This document shows positions 42,425-53,289 of a stretch of DNA of 64,000 nt, one piece after another. Every line of letters starts with the position of its first letter. Position 1 is the first letter of the stretch. Under the pieces are notes generated by a model. It saw only the letters and a list, made by a program, of their open reading frames with translations, had not been told where the DNA came from and ran no database searches. A program made the position numbers and the translations under genes. This stretch comes from Alphaproteobacteria bacterium (GTDB taxonomy: Bacteria; Pseudomonadota; Alphaproteobacteria; MPNO01), in contig CBDFLJ010000002.1 in NCBI GenBank assembly GCA_965248835.1, positions 224,001 through 288,000 of the forward strand, given 5' to 3'.

Positions 42425-42712
42425 CTATCCGCCGGGGTCGAAATGGACGACCTCGGGCGCTTTGGCCAGGTAGTCGCGGAACTTGGCGCCGAAGACCTTG
42501 TAGTCCTCGGTCTCGCGGAAATTGAAGTGATCCTGGATCTGGTTCCATTCCGCGGTCAGCACGTAGGCGAGTTCAGGCTCGACGCGCTTGCCCCAGCGCA
42601 CGTTCGCAACGCCGGGCTGGCGGCGCAGGATCTGCGTGCCTTCGGTGAATCCGGCGACGAAGGCCTCTTCGTCCTCGGGCTTGACGAAAAGCGTGGCGAC
42701 CTCGATGACCAT
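42425..42712 (-). CDS. Antibiotic-biosynthesis-monooxygenase (ABM) family protein
   Basis: 95 aa; VKP..EEAF...QPG...EW....H..F...........P.V.HF. Confidence 0.8.
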   Translation of the reverse strand: MVIEVATLFVKPEDEEAFVAGFTEGTQILRRQPGVANVRWGKRVEPELAYVLTAEWNQIQDHFNFRETEDYKVFGAKFRDYLAKAPEVVHFDPGG

Positions 42713-42738
42713 GATCGGTTTCCCTGGTTTCGGTATGG

Positions 42739-43767
42739 TTATGCCGCCGCGATGGCGGGGCTGGTGTCGGTCAGCGCCTCGGCGATCTGGACCGCGTTCA
42801 GCGCCGCGCCCTTGCGCAGATTGTCCGCCACCACCCAGAAGCTGAGGCCGTTGTCGACCGTCGGGTCCGCGCGCACCCGGCTGATATAGACCAAATCCTC
42901 GCCGGCGCATTCAGCGGGCGTGACGTAACCCTCGTCCGCCCTGTGGTCGACCACCGCGACGCCCGGCATGTCGGCCCAGGCTTTCCGCGCGCCGTGCTCG
43001 GACAACGGCTCGGCGAATTCCACGTTCACCGCCTCGGCATGGCCGATGAACACCGGCACCCGCACGCAGGTCGCGCTCACCTTGATGTCGGGGTCCAGGA
43101 TCTTGCGGGTCTCGACGGCCATCTTCCATTCTTCTCGGGTCGTGCCGTCGTCCATGAAGACGTCGATGTGCGGAATGACATTGAAGGCGATCTGTTTGGT
43201 GTGGTGCTCGCTGAGCATCGGCTCGTTGACGTAGATGCCGCGGGTCTGGCGGAACAACTCGTCCATGGCATCCTTGCCGGCGCCGGAGACCGACTGATAG
43301 GTCGCCACCACGACCCGATCGATCCGCGCCCGATCGTGCAGCGGCTTCAGCGCCATCACCATCTGGATGGTCGAGCAGTTGGGGTTGGCGATGATGTTGC
43401 GCTTGGTGTGCTTGGCGATGTCATGGCCGTTGACCTCGGGCACGACCAGGGGGACATCGGGGTCCATGCGGAACTGCGAGGTGTTGTCGATCACCACACA
43501 GCCGGCCTTCGCAGCGCGCGGGGCGTGGATGCCGGAGATCTTGGAGCCCGGTGAAAACAGCGCAATGTCGAAACCCGAAAAGTCGAACTTTTCCAGGTCG
43601 TGGACCGTGAGCTCGTGATCCTCGCCGAAGGAGACCTCCCTTCCCACCGAGCGTTCGGAGGCGAGTGCGACGACCTCATCGGCCGGGAAATCACGCTGGT
43701 CAAGGCATTGCAGCATCTCGCGGCCGACGGCGCCGGTCGCGCCGACCACAGCCACTCTGTACCCCAT
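42739..43767 (-). CDS. asd: Aspartate-semialdehyde dehydrogenase
   Basis: GATGAVG, ANPNCST, YQSVSG, DNLRKGAA.N. Confidence 0.97.
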   Translation of the reverse strand: MGYRVAVVGATGAVGREMLQCLDQRDFPADEVVALASERSVGREVSFGEDHELTVHDLEKFDFSGFDIALFSPGSKISGIHAPRAAKAGCVVIDNTSQFRMDPDVPLVVPEVNGHDIAKHTKRNIIANPNCSTIQMVMALKPLHDRARIDRVVVATYQSVSGAGKDAMDELFRQTRGIYVNEPMLSEHHTKQIAFNVIPHIDVFMDDGTTREEWKMAVETRKILDPDIKVSATCVRVPVFIGHAEAVNVEFAEPLSEHGARKAWADMPGVAVVDHRADEGYVTPAECAGEDLVYISRVRADPTVDNGLSFWVVADNLRKGAALNAVQIAEALTDTSPAIAAA

Positions 43768-43898
43768 GACGGTTGCTCCTGATCACTCACGCGCACGGCG
43801 GCACCCCCGCCGAGGCGTCGACGGCGGTGCGGCCGGTTCTGGCCTGGAGGCCGAGATCTCGAATCGTGCGCCGAAGCGCGGCCCTTTCGGGCGGTCGG

Positions 43899-44069
43899 TC
43901 AGCTTCCCGACTTGGTCCCCGGCTGGGGCGTAACCGGCTCGCTGTCCAGAGCGGTAGTGATCGGAGCCGGCTTGGTTTCGGCCATCTTGCCGAACCCGCA
44001 GGCCATGGCCGAAGTCGAAACCGCGGCGGCAAATGCGCCGACGGCGATCAGGGCGAGCACCTTTTTCAT
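43899..44069 (-). CDS. Small secreted protein, 56 aa (below the ORF-track cutoff)
   Basis: MKKVLALIAVGAFAAAVSTSAMA|CGFGKMAETKPAPITTALDSEPVTPQPGTKSGS*. GGAG/GAGG RBS, classic signal peptide, GCCC-GAAA-GGGC hairpin after the stop. Confidence 0.75.
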   Translation of the reverse strand: MKKVLALIAVGAFAAAVSTSAMACGFGKMAETKPAPITTALDSEPVTPQPGTKSGS

Positions 44070-44192
44070 CGATCCTCACTCCAGGGTTTGCATGCGACTG
44101 GCGCCAGTATAGCCCGGTCCGGTCAACGTCAACAACGCGAAATCGCTCGGCACGCACGGGCAGGGTTCGGACGAACCGCAGCCGGGACCGTT

Positions 44193-45305
44193 TCAGGCCG
44201 CCGCGCGGTCGAGCGCGGCGATGACGGCCTCGCCCATCTGGGCGGTGGAGGCGAGCGTCTTGCCGGGCTGCATGATGTCGCCGGTGCGAAGCGCCCCGGT
44301 CAGCGTGTGGTCGACCGCGGCCTCGAGCAGGGCTGCGTCTTCTTCCATGTCGAAGGAATAGCGCAGCATCATCGCGAAGCTCAGCAGCGTGGCCAGCGGG
44401 TTCGCCTTGCCCTGGCCGGCGATGTCCGGCGCCGAGCCGTGGATGGGCTCGTAGAGCGCGCGCCGGCGGCCGGAGGAATCGGCCGGGCCCAGCGAGGCCG
44501 ACGGCAGCATACCGAGCGAGCCGGTCAGCATCGAGGCGACGTCCGACAGCATGTCGCCGAACAGGTTATCGGTGACGATGACATCGAACTGCTTGGGTTC
44601 GCGCACGAGCTGCATGCCGCAGTTGTCGGCCAGCATGTGGGACAACGCGATGTCGGAATATTCCGCCTCGTGCAGCCGGGTGACCTCCTCGCGCCACAGC
44701 AGGCCGCTTTCCATCACGTTCGACTTCTCGACCGAGCACACCCGCCCGTCGCGTTTCCGGGCCAGATCGAAGGCGACGCGGGCGACGCGGACGATTTCCG
44801 AGCTGGTGTAGACCTGGGTGTTGACGCCGCGGCGCTCGCCGTCGGGCAGGGTCTCGATCCCGCGCGGCTCGCCGAAATAGACCCCGCCGGTCAGCTCGCG
44901 CACGAACAGGATATCGAGCCCGGCGACCAGATCGGTCTTCAGAGTCGAGGCTTCGGCCAAGGCATCGAAGACCAGCGCCGGGCGCAGGTTGGCGAACAGC
45001 TCCATATCTTTGCGCAGGCGAAGCAGGCCTGCCTCGGGCCGGATCTCGAAGGCTACCTCGGCCCATTTGGGTCCGCCGCATGCGCCCAGCAGCACCGCAT
45101 CCGCGCCCATGGCCGCTTCCAGCGTCGCCTCGGAGAGCGGCGCGCCCTCCTCATCGATCGCCGTACCGCCGACCAGGCCCTCGGCGACATCGAAGCTCAC
45201 CTGGCGGCGGCGGTCCATCCAGTCGATCACCCGGCGGACCTCGCCCATCACCTCGGGCCCGATGCCGTCGCCGGGCAGCATCAGAAGCTTCTTGTTGGCG
45301 GCCAT
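44193..45305 (-). CDS. leuB: 3-isopropylmalate dehydrogenase
   Basis: [32 protein letters not shown]. Confidence 0.97.
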   Translation of the reverse strand: MAANKKLLMLPGDGIGPEVMGEVRRVIDWMDRRRQVSFDVAEGLVGGTAIDEEGAPLSEATLEAAMGADAVLLGACGGPKWAEVAFEIRPEAGLLRLRKDMELFANLRPALVFDALAEASTLKTDLVAGLDILFVRELTGGVYFGEPRGIETLPDGERRGVNTQVYTSSEIVRVARVAFDLARKRDGRVCSVEKSNVMESGLLWREEVTRLHEAEYSDIALSHMLADNCGMQLVREPKQFDVIVTDNLFGDMLSDVASMLTGSLGMLPSASLGPADSSGRRRALYEPIHGSAPDIAGQGKANPLATLLSFAMMLRYSFDMEEDAALLEAAVDHTLTGALRTGDIMQPGKTLASTAQMGEAVIAALDRAAA

Positions 45306-45314
45306 CGGTCTTGC

Positions 45315-45920
45315 TCAGGCCCAGGGTTGGGCCGATTTGTGGCTCTCCTCGAAGGCGGCGATCCTGTCGTCCTTCTTCAGGGTCAGCCCGATGTCGTCGA
45401 GCCCGTTGAGCAGGCAATGCTTCTTGAAGGGATCGACGTCGAAGCCGATGACCTCACCGTCGGGGCGGGTGATCTCCTGTTTTTCCAGATCGATCGAGAG
45501 CCGGGCGTTCTCGCCCTTCTCGGCATCGGCCATCAGCTTGTCGACCTGCGCCTGGGGGAGTTCGATCACCAGGATGCCGTTCTTGGAACTGTTGTTGCTG
45601 AAAATGTCGGCGAAGGACGGCGCGATCACGCAGCGGATGCCGAAATCGATCATCGCCCAAGGCGCGTGCTCGCGCGAGGACCCGCAGCCGAAATTCTCGC
45701 CGGCGACCAGGATCTTGGACCCGCGGTAAGCCGGCTTGTTGAGGATGAAGTCGGGGTTTTCCGAGCCGTCCTCGGCATAGCGCAGCTCGTTGAACAGGTT
45801 CTTGCCCAGCCCGGTCCGTTTGATGGTCTTGAGGAACCGGGCCGGGATGATGCGGTCGGTATCCACGTTGACCATCGGGAAGGGTGCTGCGATTCCGGTG
45901 AGGCTGGTGAACTTCTCCAT
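45315..45920 (-). CDS. leuD: 3-isopropylmalate dehydratase small subunit
   Basis: [29 protein letters not shown]. Confidence 0.97.
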   Translation of the reverse strand: MEKFTSLTGIAAPFPMVNVDTDRIIPARFLKTIKRTGLGKNLFNELRYAEDGSENPDFILNKPAYRGSKILVAGENFGCGSSREHAPWAMIDFGIRCVIAPSFADIFSNNSSKNGILVIELPQAQVDKLMADAEKGENARLSIDLEKQEITRPDGEVIGFDVDPFKKHCLLNGLDDIGLTLKKDDRIAAFEESHKSAQPWA

Positions 45921-45934
45921 GGCGCGGTGTCTCC

Positions 45935-47341
45935 CTAAATCAGGTCGCGGTGATCGCTGAGGTGGCCGTTGACCGCCGCCGCCGCAGCCATCGCCGGGCT
46001 GACCAGATGGGTGCGCCCGCCCGGTCCCTGCCGTCCCTCGAAATTGCGGTTCGATGTCGAGGCCGAGCGCTCGCCCGGCTGCAGCATGTCGCCGTTCATC
46101 GCGATGCACATCGAACAGCCCGGCTCGCGCCAGTCGAAGCCGGCCTCCTTGAAGATCGCATCGAGGCCTTCCTCCTCGGCCTGCTCCTTGATCAGGCCGG
46201 AGCCCGGCACCACCATCGCATAGACCGAGCCGGCCACCTTACGGCCCTTGGCCACGGCGGCGGCGGCGCGCAGGTCTTCGATTCGCGAATTGGTGCACGA
46301 GCCGATGAAGACCTTGTCGACCGTGATGTCGGTCAGGCGCTGACCCGGGTTAAGGCCCATGTACTCGATCGCCCGCTCGACCGAGCGCCTGCGGTTGTCG
46401 TCCTCCAGCCCGGCCGGATCGGGCACCGAGGCCGAGATCGGCAGCACCATCTCGGGGCTGGTCCCCCAAGTGACCTGAGGCTCGATGCCCGAGACGTGCA
46501 CCGTCGCCTCCTTGTCGTAGGTCGCGCCCGGATCGGACGGCAGGGTGCGCCAATAGGCCTCGGCCTGCTCCCAGGCCGCGCCCTTGGGCGCCAAAGGCCG
46601 GCCCTTGCAGTAGTCGAAGGTCTTCTGGTCGGGTGCCACGAGCCCGGCGCGGGCGCCGCCCTCGATGGTCATGTTGCACAGCGTCATCCTGCCTTCCATC
46701 GACAGGTCCTCGACCGCCTGGCCGGCATATTCGATCACGCAGCCGGTGCCGCCGGCGGTGCCGATCATGCCGATGATCGCAAGCGCCAGATCCTTGGCCA
46801 CCACGCCCGTCGGCAGCGCGCCGTCGACGGTGATCCGCATGTTCTGCGCCGGGCGCTGGATCAGCGTCTGGGTTGCCAGCACGTGCTCGACCTCGGAGGT
46901 GCCGATGCCCATAGCCAGGCAGCCGAACGCGCCGTGGGTCGAGGTGTGGGAGTCGCCGCACACCATGGTCAGGCCCGGCAGGGTGAAGCCCTGCTCGGGG
47001 CCGATCACGTGCACGATGCCCTGGCGGACGTCCTGCAGATCGATATAGGGCAGGCCGAACGCCTCGGCGTTCTTTTTCAACAGCTCGATCTGGATGCGCG
47101 ATTCCTCGTTCTCGATCGGCAGCGAGCGGTCCGAGGTCGGCACGTTGTGGTCGGGCACGACGAGCTGCGCATCCGGCCGGCGCACGCCGCGGCCGTTCGC
47201 GCGCAGGCCGTCGAAGGCCTGTGCGCTGGTGATCTCATGGATGATCTGGCGGTCGATATAGAGCAGGCAGGTCCCATCGTCCTGCACGTCGACCAGGTGG
47301 CTTTGCCAGATCTTGTCGAACAGCGTCCTGGGTTGCGACAT
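45935..47341 (-). CDS. leuC: 3-isopropylmalate dehydratase large subunit
   Basis: [35 protein letters not shown]. Confidence 0.97.
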   Translation of the reverse strand: MSQPRTLFDKIWQSHLVDVQDDGTCLLYIDRQIIHEITSAQAFDGLRANGRGVRRPDAQLVVPDHNVPTSDRSLPIENEESRIQIELLKKNAEAFGLPYIDLQDVRQGIVHVIGPEQGFTLPGLTMVCGDSHTSTHGAFGCLAMGIGTSEVEHVLATQTLIQRPAQNMRITVDGALPTGVVAKDLALAIIGMIGTAGGTGCVIEYAGQAVEDLSMEGRMTLCNMTIEGGARAGLVAPDQKTFDYCKGRPLAPKGAAWEQAEAYWRTLPSDPGATYDKEATVHVSGIEPQVTWGTSPEMVLPISASVPDPAGLEDDNRRRSVERAIEYMGLNPGQRLTDITVDKVFIGSCTNSRIEDLRAAAAVAKGRKVAGSVYAMVVPGSGLIKEQAEEEGLDAIFKEAGFDWREPGCSMCIAMNGDMLQPGERSASTSNRNFEGRQGPGGRTHLVSPAMAAAAAVNGHLSDHRDLI

Positions 47342-47382
47342 TCCCAGCCTCCCTTGTTTCGCCCGACCGCGGCCGGCCGCAC

Positions 47383-47814
47383 CTATTCCTCGGCGGTCTG
47401 CCCGGTCTCCGCCGCCGCTTCCGCCTCGGCCTGTCTGGCGCCGCGGACCGGCCGGCGCTCGATCTTCTCCGCGATCCGCGCCTTCTTGCCGCGCCGGCTG
47501 CGCAGGTAGTAGAGCTTCGCCCGCCTGACCGCGCCGCGGCGGACGACCTCGATGCGGTCGATGCGCGGCGAATAGAGCGGGAAGACGCGCTCCACCCCCT
47601 CGCCATAGGAGATCTTGCGCACCGTGAAGGCGGAGTTGACCCCGCGGCTTGCGCGCCCGATCACCACGCCCTCATAGACCTGGATGCGCTCGCGCGTGCC
47701 CTCGACGATCTTGTAATGGACCCGTACCGTATCGCCCGGACCGAACTCGGGAATCTCGCGATCGGTGGTGAGCCTTGCGATCTGCTCGGCTTCGAGCTGC
47801 TCAATCGTGTTCAT
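47383..47814 (-). CDS. rplS: 50S ribosomal protein L19
   Basis: [31 protein letters not shown]. Confidence 0.98.
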   Translation of the reverse strand: MNTIEQLEAEQIARLTTDREIPEFGPGDTVRVHYKIVEGTRERIQVYEGVVIGRASRGVNSAFTVRKISYGEGVERVFPLYSPRIDRIEVVRRGAVRRAKLYYLRSRRGKKARIAEKIERRPVRGARQAEAEAAAETGQTAEE

Positions 47815-48547
47815 CCTCGTCGTCCTTCCTTGTACCCCGCCGGTAGCCTTCCCACAGGTCCGGCCGGCGCTCGTAGGTCAGGCGCTCGGCCTGCGCACGG
47901 CGCCACTGCCTGATGCGCTCGTGATGTCCGCTCACCAGCGCCTCCGGCACGTCCCGTCCCCGCCATGTTTGCGGGCGGGTGTAGTGCGGGTACTCGAGCA
48001 AGCCATCGGCGAAGCTCTCCTCGGCCAGCGACCGGGCGGCGCCCAGAACGCCCGGCAATAACCGGACGCAGGCATCGATCAAGGCGATCGCCGCCGGCTC
48101 TCCGCCCGACAGCACGAAATCGCCGAGACTGAGCTCCTCGATCCCGTGTGCCTCGAGCACCCGTTCGTCGACACCCTCGTAGCGGCCGCACAGCACGGCC
48201 GCTCCCGGGCCTTCAGCCAAAGCGCGGACCCGGGCCTGATCGAGCAACCGGCCGCGCGGGCTCATATAGATCACCGGCCCGTGACCGGCCGGCAAGGCCT
48301 CCAACGCGTCCCCGATCACGTCGGCCCGCATGACCATGCCCGCACCGCCACCGAAGGGGGTGTCGTCGACGGAGCGGTGTTTATCGCGCGCAAACTCCCG
48401 AATGTCCACCGTTTCGAGCGTCCAAATCCCCTCGCGGAGCGCCCGGCCGGCAAGCGAATGGCCGAGTGGGCCCGGAAACATCTCCGGGAACAGGGTCAGG
48501 ACCCGGACGGCGAATAGCGGCCGTGCCGGGTCGCGGGTCTCATTCAT
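47801..48547 (-). CDS. trmD: tRNA (guanine-N1)-methyltransferase
   Basis: [36 protein letters not shown]. Confidence 0.97.
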   Translation of the reverse strand: MNETRDPARPLFAVRVLTLFPEMFPGPLGHSLAGRALREGIWTLETVDIREFARDKHRSVDDTPFGGGAGMVMRADVIGDALEALPAGHGPVIYMSPRGRLLDQARVRALAEGPGAAVLCGRYEGVDERVLEAHGIEELSLGDFVLSGGEPAAIALIDACVRLLPGVLGAARSLAEESFADGLLEYPHYTRPQTWRGRDVPEALVSGHHERIRQWRRAQAERLTYERRPDLWEGYRRGTRKDDEDEHD

Positions 48548-49089
48548 GCGCGCGCGCCTTCGTCTTCGTCCTCATCCTCATCCGGTGGGACGACGATAAT
48601 CCGGCCCGCGGCAATCTCGATCGACGGCACGGCATCGCGGGTGAACGGGACCAGCAGGGGCACCGCGCCCGCTTCGCGCTCGATCTCCAGCACGTCGGTC
48701 GCGCCGGCCGGGACGATCCCGCTCACCCGGCCGATCACCGTGCCGTCCGCGCCGACAGCTTCGAGCCCGAGAAGATCGGCGTGGTAGAACTCGTCCTCGT
48801 CGGCCGTCGGCGGCAGCCTGGCGCGATCGACATAAAGCCGGGTGCCGCGCAGCGCCTCGGCCGCCGCGCGGTCCTCGATGCCGGAGATCCGCGCCACGAC
48901 CATGCCGCGGGCAGTGCCTTCGACAGCGATCTCGAACCGGCGCTCGCCGGGCTCGTCGTCGACCGGTCCATAGGCCGCCACGTCCTCGGGCACCGCGGTA
49001 AAGCTCTTGATCCGGACCGCGCCGCGAACGCCTTGGGCGCCGGCGATCGCGCCGAGACAGACCCGGTCGGCATCCGCGGCGCCCTCCAC
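48544..49089 (-). CDS. rimM: 16S rRNA processing protein RimM
   Basis: GAQGVRG.V, AEALRG, EFYHADL.G, LVPF. Confidence 0.95.
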   Translation of the reverse strand: MEGAADADRVCLGAIAGAQGVRGAVRIKSFTAVPEDVAAYGPVDDEPGERRFEIAVEGTARGMVVARISGIEDRAAAEALRGTRLYVDRARLPPTADEDEFYHADLLGLEAVGADGTVIGRVSGIVPAGATDVLEIEREAGAVPLLVPFTRDAVPSIEIAAGRIIVVPPDEDEDEDEGARA

Positions 49090-49156
49090 CGAGAGCGCGG
49101 ATACGGTAACGACGGTGCCGCCGCGGCGGCGGTTTCGCGCCCGGTCCGCCGTCGGC

Positions 49157-49513
49157 CTACTCCTCGGCCGACTTTGCGGCGGTCTCGGCGGCCTGATTCA
49201 GCCGTTCCTGCGCCTTCGCCTTGGGTTGGCTTTTCTTCGGCGTTTCGCGGATCTCGGGCATCGGGATGATGTCGGCCTGACCGAGGAACTTCGCCACCCG
49301 CTCGCTCGGCAGCGCGCCTTGCCCGAGCCAATGCCGCACCCGGTCCTCCTTGATCACCACGCGGTCGGGGTGGTCACGGGCAAGAATCGGGTTGTAGGTG
49401 CCGACGCGCTCGATGAACCGGCCATCGCGCGGGCTGCGCGAATCGGCGATGACGATTCGGTAGAACGGCCGCTTCTTGGCGCCGCCACGGGCGAGTCTGA
49501 TTCTCAATGACAT
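49157..49513 (-). CDS. rpsP: 30S ribosomal protein S16
   Basis: [26 protein letters not shown]. Confidence 0.98.
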   Translation of the reverse strand: MSLRIRLARGGAKKRPFYRIVIADSRSPRDGRFIERVGTYNPILARDHPDRVVIKEDRVRHWLGQGALPSERVAKFLGQADIIPMPEIRETPKKSQPKAKAQERLNQAAETAAKSAEE

Positions 49514-49570
49514 GTGATTGACCTCCTCGCGGCACCGACCGCCGCGTTTGCGATATCTCCGGCGGCGCGG

Positions 49571-50923
49571 CTAACGGGGCGGCATGATCTGGCCGAACCC
49601 GCCGCGCATCAGCCCCTTCTTGTCCAGCTTGCTGACCTTTTTCATCATCCGGCTCATTTCTTGGAACTGCTTCATGAGCCGGTTGACGTCCTGCACGGTG
49701 GTCCCCGACCCCGCGGCGACCCGACGCTTGCGCGAGGCCTTGATGAGCTCCGGCCGGCGCCGCTCGCGCGGCGTCATCGAGCCGATGATCGCTTCCTGGC
49801 GGACCAGCGCCTTCTCGTCGAAATTCGCCTGTGCGAGCTGGTTTTTCATCTTGGCCACGCCCGGCAGCATGCCCAGGATCCCGCCCATGCCGCCCATCTT
49901 GCGGATCTGGCGGAGCTGCTGGGCGAGGTCGTCAAGGTCGAACTGACCCTTTTGGATCTTCGCGGCCAGCCGGGCGGCCTCGTCCTCCTCGATGGTTTCC
50001 TGGGCCTTCTCGACCAGGCTCACGACATCGCCCATGCCGAGGATGCGCGAGGCGACGCGGTCGGGGTGGAAAGCCTCCAGCGCATCGAGCTTCTCGCCGG
50101 TGCCCAACAGCTTGATCGGGCAGCCGGTGACCGCGCGCATCGACAGCGCGGCGCCGCCGCGCGCATCGCCGTCGACCCGGGTGAGCACGATGCCGGTAAG
50201 CCCCACCCGGTCGTGGAAGGACGACGCCGTGGCCACCGCGTCCTGGCCGGTCATCGCATCGGCGACCAGCAAGGTCTCCTTCGGCCGGGCGGCATCGGCG
50301 ATGTCGGCGACCTCGGCCATCAGTTGGTCGTCGATCGCCAGCCGGCCGGCGGTATCCAGCACGACCACGTCGTAGCCTTCGCGCCGGGCGGTGTCGAGAG
50401 CGCGGTCGGTGATCATCCGCGGCGTCTGCAGGGGCACGATCGGCAGGGTGTCGACGCTAGCCTGGGTGCCCAGCACCGCGAGCTGTTCCTGGGCGGCCGG
50501 CCGGCGGATATCGAGCGAGGCCATGAGCACCTTCTTGCGGTGCCGTTCCTGGATCATGCGCCCCAGCTTCGCCGACGTGGTGGTCTTGCCGGAGCCCTGA
50601 AGGCCAACCATCAGGACCGCGACCGGCGGGCTCGCTCCGAGATCGATGTCGCTCGATGTCGCGCCCAACATCTCGATGAGTTGATCGTTGACGATCTTGA
50701 CGACCATCTGGCCGGGGGTGACGCTGCGCAGCACCTCCTGGCCGACGGCGCGCGCGCGCACCGCGTCGACGAAGTCCTTGACGACCGGCAGCGCTACATC
50801 GGCTTCCAGCAGCGCGATGCGGACCTCGCGCATTGCCTCGGCGATGTCGTGCTCGCTCAGCGCGCCGCGGCGCGTGAGGCGGTCAAGGACGGTGCCGAGC
50901 CTGGAGCTCAAGCCGTCGAACAT
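49571..50923 (-). CDS. ffh: Signal recognition particle protein
   Basis: ALLEADV, GLQGSGKTT, DTAGR, DGDARGG, RILGMGD, M-domain. Confidence 0.98.
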   Translation of the reverse strand: MFDGLSSRLGTVLDRLTRRGALSEHDIAEAMREVRIALLEADVALPVVKDFVDAVRARAVGQEVLRSVTPGQMVVKIVNDQLIEMLGATSSDIDLGASPPVAVLMVGLQGSGKTTTSAKLGRMIQERHRKKVLMASLDIRRPAAQEQLAVLGTQASVDTLPIVPLQTPRMITDRALDTARREGYDVVVLDTAGRLAIDDQLMAEVADIADAARPKETLLVADAMTGQDAVATASSFHDRVGLTGIVLTRVDGDARGGAALSMRAVTGCPIKLLGTGEKLDALEAFHPDRVASRILGMGDVVSLVEKAQETIEEDEAARLAAKIQKGQFDLDDLAQQLRQIRKMGGMGGILGMLPGVAKMKNQLAQANFDEKALVRQEAIIGSMTPRERRRPELIKASRKRRVAAGSGTTVQDVNRLMKQFQEMSRMMKKVSKLDKKGLMRGGFGQIMPPR

Positions 50924-50954
50924 TCTCGTTCACCGTTCCAGCCAATGCCGAACG

Positions 50955-50983
50955 CGCCAGTGCACGCTATGCGTGGACTGGCG
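50955..50983 (-). promoter_or_regulatory. ffh 5'-leader hairpin
   Basis: CGCCAGT-GCACGC-TAT-GCGTGG-ACTGGCG stem about 30 nt upstream of ffh. Confidence 0.45.
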
Positions 50984-51156
50984 GGCACCGCGGGGCGCAA
51001 TCCATCGGAGTCGATCCGTGGGGAGGCGCAATCTATGGCCGGGCGGCACGGCGGTCAAGCGCCGTCGGCGGGCAGGCGGCATGCGAAACCCGTCCACGCG
51101 ACGGCTCGCGGCTGGCCGCGGCTTGACGTATGGTTGGCGCTCCCCGGGGAGAACCA

Positions 51157-51957
51157 ATGGCCGACATCGCAAAGTTCGCGGTCTTCGAGACCCCCTGCCG
51201 AATTTGGGCGGTCTCCTCGATCCACGGCGAAGCGCGCGGCCTGGCCGCGCTGCATGCGGCGCTGGAAGAGCGGATCGTCGAAGGCGACCGGCTGGTCTAT
51301 CTCGGAAACGTCCTGGGCCGCGGCGGGGCGGTGCGCACGACCGTCGACCAGGTGCTGGCGTTCCGTCGCGCGTTCCTCGCCATCCCGGGCAACGACGTGA
51401 AGGACTACGCCATCCTGCGCGGCGCCCAGGAAGAGATGTGGAACAAGCTGTTCGAGCTGCAATTCGCCGTCAACCCGAGCGACGTCCTGGAATGGATGCT
51501 CGATCACGGCGTCGGCAGCACCATCGAGGCCTATGGCGGCAACCCGCGGGAAGGGTTGGCCGCCGCACGCCAGGGCACCATGATGCTCAACCGATGGACT
51601 GCGAACCTGCGGACCGCCTTCGGCGAGGCCCCCGGTCACCGCGACTTCCTCAGCAGCCTGCGCCAGGCCGCCTATACTGATGACGGCGCACTGGTCTTCG
51701 TCAACGCCGGGCTCGATGCCGAGCGCCCGCTCGATGCTCAGAACGATGCCTTCTGGTGGGAGCAACAGAGCTTCGACCGGATCGATCGGCCCTATTTCGG
51801 CTGCCGCCAGGTGGTGCGGGGTTTCGACCCGGCGCGGCGCGGCGTCGTTCTGACCGATCATACCGCCAGCCTCGACGGCCGCGCGGGGTTTGGCGGCGCG
51901 CCGATCGCCGCCCTTGTGACGCCCGGCGAAGGGGTGACTGAGATCGTCGAAGCTTGA
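51157..51957 (+). CDS. Calcineurin-like metallophosphoesterase-fold protein with degenerate active site
   Basis: SSIHG, LGNVLGRG, LRGAQE, FVNAG, VVRGF occur in the order and spacing of DxH, GDxxDRG, GNHE, HAG, GHT. Confidence 0.75.
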   Translation: MADIAKFAVFETPCRIWAVSSIHGEARGLAALHAALEERIVEGDRLVYLGNVLGRGGAVRTTVDQVLAFRRAFLAIPGNDVKDYAILRGAQEEMWNKLFELQFAVNPSDVLEWMLDHGVGSTIEAYGGNPREGLAAARQGTMMLNRWTANLRTAFGEAPGHRDFLSSLRQAAYTDDGALVFVNAGLDAERPLDAQNDAFWWEQQSFDRIDRPYFGCRQVVRGFDPARRGVVLTDHTASLDGRAGFGGAPIAALVTPGEGVTEIVEA

Positions 51958-52041
51958 GCCCGCGCCCGGCTCGCGTGTCTCCGGGCCGCATGCTAGAACG
52001 TCTCGGTTGACGGACGACGGCCGATCGAGGGAGGGGCGAGC

Positions 52042-52758
52042 ATGAGTGATTTGATCCAGGTGATGCGCGATCTGGTGATCGGCAACCGGATCCTGGCCAA
52101 TGAGGGCGTGGTCGATGCCTACGGCCACCTGAGCGTCCGCCACCCGGACAACCCCGAACGCTACCTGATGTCTTGCTCGCGCGCGCCGGGCCTGGTCACG
52201 CTGACCGACATCATGGAGTTCACGCTCGACGGCGATGCGGTCGATCCGCGCGACCGCGCGCCCTATGCCGAGCGGTTCATCCACGGTGCGATCCTTGAGC
52301 AGCGTCCGGATGTCCATTCGGTCGTCCATAATCATTCCCACGCGGTGATCCCCTTCGGCGTCACCGGGGTCAAGCTGCGCCCGCTGGTCCATGTCGGCGC
52401 GGCGATCGGGACCGAGATCCCGGTCTGGGACATCCGCGACAAGTTCGGCCATACCAACCTCTTGGTGGTCAACATGGAACAGGGCCGGGACCTCGCCACA
52501 TGCCTGGGCGGGAACCGGGTCGCGCTGATGCGCGGGCATGGCTGTGCGGTTGCCGGCGGCAACATCAAGCAATCCGTGATGACATCGGTCTATCTGCAGG
52601 TCGCAGCGAAGCTCCAGCGGGAGACGATGGCGATGGGCGATATCGCGTTTCTGTCCGACGAAGAGATCGCGCACTGCTCGGCGACCTTTGCCGGCGAGCT
52701 GTCGGTCGCCCGGGCATGGGAGCACATGGTCGTAAGCGCCGGCATGGCCTCCTACTAG
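52042..52758 (+). CDS. Class II aldolase/adducin family protein
   Basis: NRILA..GVVDAYGHLSVR, ERFIH, VVHNHS, LMRGHG. Confidence 0.88.
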   Translation: MSDLIQVMRDLVIGNRILANEGVVDAYGHLSVRHPDNPERYLMSCSRAPGLVTLTDIMEFTLDGDAVDPRDRAPYAERFIHGAILEQRPDVHSVVHNHSHAVIPFGVTGVKLRPLVHVGAAIGTEIPVWDIRDKFGHTNLLVVNMEQGRDLATCLGGNRVALMRGHGCAVAGGNIKQSVMTSVYLQVAAKLQRETMAMGDIAFLSDEEIAHCSATFAGELSVARAWEHMVVSAGMASY

Positions 52759-52770
52759 GGGGCGCCGGCG

Positions 52771-53289
52771 ATGGCGGGACCGAGCGCGGAGATCGCTGCG
52801 GCGATCGCGGACCAGGTCGCGGGCTGCGGCATCGAGCTGGTTACCTCGCTGCCCGACGGCTGGATCGCCGCGCTGATCGAGCGTTTCGAGGCCGACGAGC
52901 GGTTCGACCACGTTCCGGTCAACCGCGAGGAGTCGGCGATCGGGCTGTGCTCGGGCTCGTTCTTCGGCGGCAAGCGGTCCCTGGCGCTGATGGGCGCCTC
53001 GGGGCTGATGACCTGCATCTACGCGATCACCAAGATCAACTATACCTACATGGTGCCGCTGCTGATCTTCATCACCATGCGCGGCCGGCTCGGCGACCGG
53101 GCCAAGTTCCACGTCTCCAACGGGCTCTATCTGGAGCCGGTGATGCGCTCGATCGACCTGTCCTACACGGTCATCGAGCGTCGCGACCAGCTCGACGAGA
53201 TCCGGCGTGCCGACGCCCATTCGCGGATCATCGCCCGCCCCGTCGTGGTCGGCTTCACCCGCGACCTGCTGTACGGGGAGAGCGCGTGA
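52771..53289 (+). CDS. ThDP-dependent decarboxylase, alpha (PYR) subunit, ComD-like
   Basis: SLPD.W, VNREE.AIG.C.G, M..SG, TMRG. Confidence 0.8.
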   Translation: MAGPSAEIAAAIADQVAGCGIELVTSLPDGWIAALIERFEADERFDHVPVNREESAIGLCSGSFFGGKRSLALMGASGLMTCIYAITKINYTYMVPLLIFITMRGRLGDRAKFHVSNGLYLEPVMRSIDLSYTVIERRDQLDEIRRADAHSRIIARPVVVGFTRDLLYGESA

